Shown here: positions 59,654 to 64,000 of the stretch, piece by piece
Layout: every line of letters begins with the position of its first letter
How positions within the stretch are numbered: the stretch's first letter is position 1
Source: Spirochaetaceae bacterium
GTDB lineage: Bacteria; Spirochaetota; Spirochaetia; DSM-2461
DNA: 64,000 nucleotides
Reading direction: 5' to 3'
Assembly: GCA_051531975.1 (NCBI GenBank)
Contig: JAOPTT010000006.1
Span: forward strand, 462,977 to 526,976
The notes under the pieces: model-generated
What the model saw: only the letters and a program-made list of their open reading frames with translations
Database searches by the model: none
Told to the model about the DNA's origin: nothing
Position numbers and translations under genes: made by a program

Positions 59654-60117
59654 GAAAAAGACTTCCTTTTTGTTGCTTTATTCAGTTTATCTACAACTAA
59701 TTTCAACTTTTCTAAAATTAGTTTTCTATCTAATGGTTTTACAATGTAATCTTTAGCTCCACTATTAATTAATTCTAAAACTATTTCTGTATCACTTTCA
59801 GATGTAACCATAATGACATGAACAGATGGATATTTTTTTTTCAACTGTTTTAATACAGCCATACCATCCATTTTTGGCATAATATAATCCAACAAAACTA
59901 AATGAGGAAGTTCATTCTCTATCATGAAAATACCTTCAGCTCCATCTTCAGCTTCGCCAATAACTTCAAAACCAGTTGATTTTAATATTTGACTCATAAT
60001 TCTTCTATCAATAAATGTATCATCAATAACTACTACTTTAACAGTACGTCCATTTTTAAGAACACCAATAGGTGTCATTGGTTTACTAGAAACTAATTTA
60101 TCACTATTATTACCCAT
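59650..60117 (-). CDS. Single-domain response regulator, spirochete CheY-like with N-terminal extension
   Basis: VVIDD, LLDYIMPKMDG, IMVTS, DYIVKP; ~25-aa extension ending P-x-G-x4-G. Confidence 0.88.
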   Translation of the reverse strand: MGNNSDKLVSSKPMTPIGVLKNGRTVKVVVIDDTFIDRRIMSQILKSTGFEVIGEAEDGAEGIFMIENELPHLVLLDYIMPKMDGMAVLKQLKKKYPSVHVIMVTSESDTEIVLELINSGAKDYIVKPLDRKLILEKLKLVVDKLNKATKRKSFS

Positions 60118-60226
60118 AGTATTAATAATATTAGATTATTTAACTATTGACTACTAATTATTTAAATAAGAATTTATTAATTCTAAAACATATAATTAAG
60201 TAATACTGAATTAAGGCTATATTTAA

Positions 60227-63200
60227 ATGAGAATAACTAGAAAACTAACACTTATATCATTATTTTTTTCGATATCAATATCTTTAATATCTACATATAA
60301 ATTAAAAAATGATCTATATACCAATAAATTACATTTGCAAACAGAAATTCTTCAAAAAGAGCTTTTTCATGTAGAAGCTATGATGTTAAATTTTAAAAAT
60401 GAAATCCAAAAAGATATTTTGTTATTACTTACTGAACCTACAGTTATTATAAATGAAAAGAAACTATACACATCATATTTGAATGCGGCTTCCGATGAAT
60501 TTGTATATAATCCTTCAATAGAAGAAAATAGTATAATTACAACTTTTAATAGATATTCAGAGAATAATCCTCAAGTCGATTATATCTATTTAGGTTTAGA
60601 AGATAGTTCTTATGTTATGAATGTTCCAATTATGGATCAATTTTCAGATGCATCAACTAGGTTTAATTATGACCCTAGAACTAGACCATGGTATAAAAAT
60701 GCAAAAAATAGTCCTGAAAAGCTTATATTAACTAAATTTTATCATGCACCACAAAATAAAGTTTATTTTATAACTGCTACTTATGGGATTACACAAGACA
60801 ATGTTTATTTAGGAGCTATTGGTTTAGATATAAATGTAGATAATCTAATAAATTATCTACAGGGTGTTGGTATCAGACAAGTTGGTGCTTTTGGAATTAT
60901 ATTTAAAGATTCAACATTATTAATTGAAGATAATGATAATATACTGATTAATGATATTGATAAAAGTAGCTCCTCATTATTATCAGATTTAACTTACAAC
61001 AATCAAAAGGGTTTTGGAAGTTTAGAAGATTCTTATATCTTTGCATTAAAGTCAGAAAAGCTACCCCATGTATATTTTTTCAAAGTTCCGAAGAGCAATA
61101 TTGAGGAAAGTATATTAAGTTTTGTAATTAATTTTGTCATAATATTTGTTTTAACAATTCTTCTACTTAGTATGTTATATTTTATTTCTGTCCATATATT
61201 TGTTACAAAACCTATTTTAGCATTAACTAATGAAGCAATTAATTATAAAAAAAGTGGTACTTTTAATGATAACAATCTAAAAAAATCAACTGATGAAATC
61301 GGAAGTTTAACAAATACTTTCTCATTAATGTTTCATGAAATTAAGGATCATAGAGAGAATCTTGAAAATTTAGTCCAAGATAGAACCATAGAATTAAAAA
61401 AACTAACTAGAGTTGTAGAACAGAGTCCAACAACAATTCTAATCACCGATCAAGATAGTTATATAGAATATGTAAATCCATATTTTACTGAAATAACAGG
61501 TTATACTCCTGAAGAGGTTATTGGAAAAAAGCCGAATTTTTTTAGTGCTAATGTTAACCCAAAATTGAATTTTAAAGATCTTCAAGAAATTTGTTTATCT
61601 GGAAAAGTATGGAATGGTGAATTTCTTAATAAGAAAAAAAATGGAGAATTATACTGGGAACATGCATCTATATCTGCTTTAAAAGTAGAAAATGATAAAA
61701 AAGTTCACTTTATCTCTGTTAAAACTGATATAACTGAGCAAAAAAAATATGAGACTGAGTTAGCATTAGCAAAAGAAAAAGCTGAAACTGCTGTAAAGAT
61801 AAAATCAGATTTTTTAGCTAATATGAGCCATGAAATAAGAACGCCAATGAATGCTGTCATTGGTTTAAATAACCTAATTTTAAGAAGTGAATTAAATGAT
61901 AAACAGAGAGATTTTTCTAATAAAATTGAAAAATCAGCCTCAAATTTATTAGGGATTATTAATGATATATTGGATTTTTCAAAAGTAGAAGCTGGAAAAC
62001 TTAGTATTGAAGATGTTGAATTTTCTTTAGATGTACTCTTAGATGATATAGTAACAATTGTAGCAGAAAAAGCTCATATAAAAGGTTTAGAACTTATAAT
62101 TCATAATAAAAACACACCTAATAATCTAATTGGTGATCCTTTAAGGCTACAGCAAGTAATTATCAATTTAGTTAGTAATGCAATTAAGTTCACATCCCAG
62201 GGTGAAATTACTATAACATTATGTTGTGAGGTTATTGATGATAAGAACTCAATTTTACATTGCAGTGTTAAAGATACTGGGATTGGACTAAGTGCGAAAC
62301 AATTAGCAACTCTTTTTAATGCATTTTCTCAAGGAGATACATCAACAACTAGAGAATATGGAGGCACCGGATTAGGTCTAATAATATCTAAAAAATTAGT
62401 AACAATGATGGGAGGGAGTATTAATGTTGAAAGTAAAATAAATATTGGTTCTAACTTTTACTTTAATATCAATCTAAAATTACCTTCAGAAAAAGATGAA
62501 AAACTTTGTTATCCACAAAAAACATTAAATAAACAAATAATCATAATTGATAATAATTATAGTAATAGAATGCTTTTATCAAATTATTTTATTGATAATT
62601 TTTTTCATGTAATAAATAAAGCTACACTAGAAGATTTAGATGAAGATATTATAAATAACATTGATGATAATACATACATCTTTGTGGATCATATTGCTCT
62701 TCTTAGTTTAAATAAAGTTATTCCAAAATATGCTCATATTATATTAATGACTAAAATGTGGGATGTCAATGTAGCTAAATTCTTAGAAAATTTTAAAAGC
62801 ATTCACTATATAAACAAGCCTATTTTAGAACATCAATTATTTAAAAGCATAATTAATAAATTTAGATTTCCCGATATCCCTCTACAAAATATAGTTGAGT
62901 CAAAAAGCTATTCAAAAAACTTAATAAATATTAAAGGATCTAATATTCTACTTGTTGATGATAATGAAATAAATACGGAAATTGCGAAAGAGTTATTATT
63001 ATCTGAAGATTTTAATATTGATATTGCAACAAATGGTTTAGAAGCTGTTAAGTTGGCGGCAGTTAAAGAGTATCAAATAATTTTTATGGATTTACAAATG
63101 CCTGTAATGGATGGTTTCCAGGCTACGAAACAGATAAGACAATTTAAGGACTATTATGAATTACCAATAGTTGCTTTAACAGCGGATGTATTAAGTAGTG

Positions 63201-63898
63201 TAGAACAAGATGCGATGGACTGCGGAATGAATGATTTTTTAACAAAGCCTTTAAAAGAAAAAGAACTGTTTAAATCATTGATAAAGTGGATAAAACCAAA
63301 AAATAATGAATCTCGTTACCTGTTTACTGGAATGGCAGAAGCACTTGATCGTGTAAATAATAATGATGAGTTATATAATAAACTTTTAAATACTTTTTTT
63401 TCTAAGCACCATAATGACATTGTTGATATAACTCAATATATTGATAGTGACAATTTTGAACAAGCTGAAAACTTAGCCCACTCGTTAAAAGGTATTGTTG
63501 GTAATATAGGCTTTAATGATTTATCGATATTTGTTACTGAGTTAGTTGAAGAAATACGTTCTGATATTCCGATAAAACAAAACATTTATAATCTTATTGA
63601 AAAGATTTTTTATAAACAATTTGAACTTAAAAAGATATTAAAACCAAGATTGGAAAATAAAGCAAAAAAGTTGGAAGAAACGAATAATGAAGATTATATT
63701 GAAATAGAGATGTTAAAAATTATTGATAATTTAAAAAAATCATTAGAAGAATATGATATAAAATCTAAAGATTATATATTACAACTTAAACCTCTATTTA
63801 GTAATAGAGGACAAACTGAATTTTATTTAGACTTATTTGAAAATATTTCAGCATATAATTTTGAAGAAGCATTAAGTTTATTAAAGAAGGAGTATTAA
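60227..63898 (+). CDS. Hybrid sensor histidine kinase (dCache, HAMP, PAS, HisKA, HATPase, degenerate REC, REC, Hpt)
   Basis: YDPRTRPWY, DEIGSL, FLANMSHEIRTPMN, NLVSNAIKFT, GGTGLGL, IFMDLQMP, AHSLKG. Confidence 0.96.
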   Translation: MRITRKLTLISLFFSISISLISTYKLKNDLYTNKLHLQTEILQKELFHVEAMMLNFKNEIQKDILLLLTEPTVIINEKKLYTSYLNAASDEFVYNPSIEENSIITTFNRYSENNPQVDYIYLGLEDSSYVMNVPIMDQFSDASTRFNYDPRTRPWYKNAKNSPEKLILTKFYHAPQNKVYFITATYGITQDNVYLGAIGLDINVDNLINYLQGVGIRQVGAFGIIFKDSTLLIEDNDNILINDIDKSSSSLLSDLTYNNQKGFGSLEDSYIFALKSEKLPHVYFFKVPKSNIEESILSFVINFVIIFVLTILLLSMLYFISVHIFVTKPILALTNEAINYKKSGTFNDNNLKKSTDEIGSLTNTFSLMFHEIKDHRENLENLVQDRTIELKKLTRVVEQSPTTILITDQDSYIEYVNPYFTEITGYTPEEVIGKKPNFFSANVNPKLNFKDLQEICLSGKVWNGEFLNKKKNGELYWEHASISALKVENDKKVHFISVKTDITEQKKYETELALAKEKAETAVKIKSDFLANMSHEIRTPMNAVIGLNNLILRSELNDKQRDFSNKIEKSASNLLGIINDILDFSKVEAGKLSIEDVEFSLDVLLDDIVTIVAEKAHIKGLELIIHNKNTPNNLIGDPLRLQQVIINLVSNAIKFTSQGEITITLCCEVIDDKNSILHCSVKDTGIGLSAKQLATLFNAFSQGDTSTTREYGGTGLGLIISKKLVTMMGGSINVESKINIGSNFYFNINLKLPSEKDEKLCYPQKTLNKQIIIIDNNYSNRMLLSNYFIDNFFHVINKATLEDLDEDIINNIDDNTYIFVDHIALLSLNKVIPKYAHIILMTKMWDVNVAKFLENFKSIHYINKPILEHQLFKSIINKFRFPDIPLQNIVESKSYSKNLINIKGSNILLVDDNEINTEIAKELLLSEDFNIDIATNGLEAVKLAAVKEYQIIFMDLQMPVMDGFQATKQIRQFKDYYELPIVALTADVLSSVEQDAMDCGMNDFLTKPLKEKELFKSLIKWIKPKNNESRYLFTGMAEALDRVNNNDELYNKLLNTFFSKHHNDIVDITQYIDSDNFEQAENLAHSLKGIVGNIGFNDLSIFVTELVEEIRSDIPIKQNIYNLIEKIFYKQFELKKILKPRLENKAKKLEETNNEDYIEIEMLKIIDNLKKSLEEYDIKSKDYILQLKPLFSNRGQTEFYLDLFENISAYNFEEALSLLKKEY

Positions 63899-63903
63899 TT
63901 TAA

Positions 63904-64000
63904 ATGTTAACAAACCTAGATTCAACAATATTAATTGTTGATGATATAGTTGAAAATCTAGATGTATTATCTGGAATATTAGGCAAAAAATATAATTTAA
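63904..64000 (+). CDS. Response regulator, N-terminal part (runs off the window)
   Basis: MLTNLDSTILIVDDIVENLDVLSGILGKKYNL..., starting 5 nt after the kinase stop. Confidence 0.85.
   Translation, partial: MLTNLDSTILIVDDIVENLDVLSGILGKKYNL

Overview
Strongly AT-rich, gene-dense chromosomal segment of a free-living spirochete. Spirochete markers include the murG-cvpA-holB-hk2-rrp2 block, a short AlaRS, a second EF-G, a FliG paralog and a CheY with a spirochete-type N-terminal extension. Most of the window is housekeeping: rimP-nusA-infB, comF, mutS, typA, uvrB, htrA, hrpA, map, alaS, three tandem tRNA-Val(TAC) and tRNA-Phe(GAA). It also holds a LacI-linked sugar ABC transporter with a GH13 gene, a GH9 lipoprotein and several signalling genes. 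I see no CRISPR array, transposase, integrase or phage gene. The most unusual element is a five-gene operon at 37807-43041: cheY, cheX, a membrane-anchored CheA-like kinase with no CheW domain, an unknown 390-aa protein, and a pore-less voltage-sensor-domain protein fused to a receptor-like module. It may be a receptor-independent signalling pathway that responds to membrane potential. Lesser findings: a WYL regulator with a candidate operator in front of an orphan 76-aa ORF, a GH13 lacking its catalytic Glu, a rimP/nusA leader terminator, tandem LacI-type operators, and a likely ATT-initiated gene. All functional calls come from motif recognition by eye; no searches were run.
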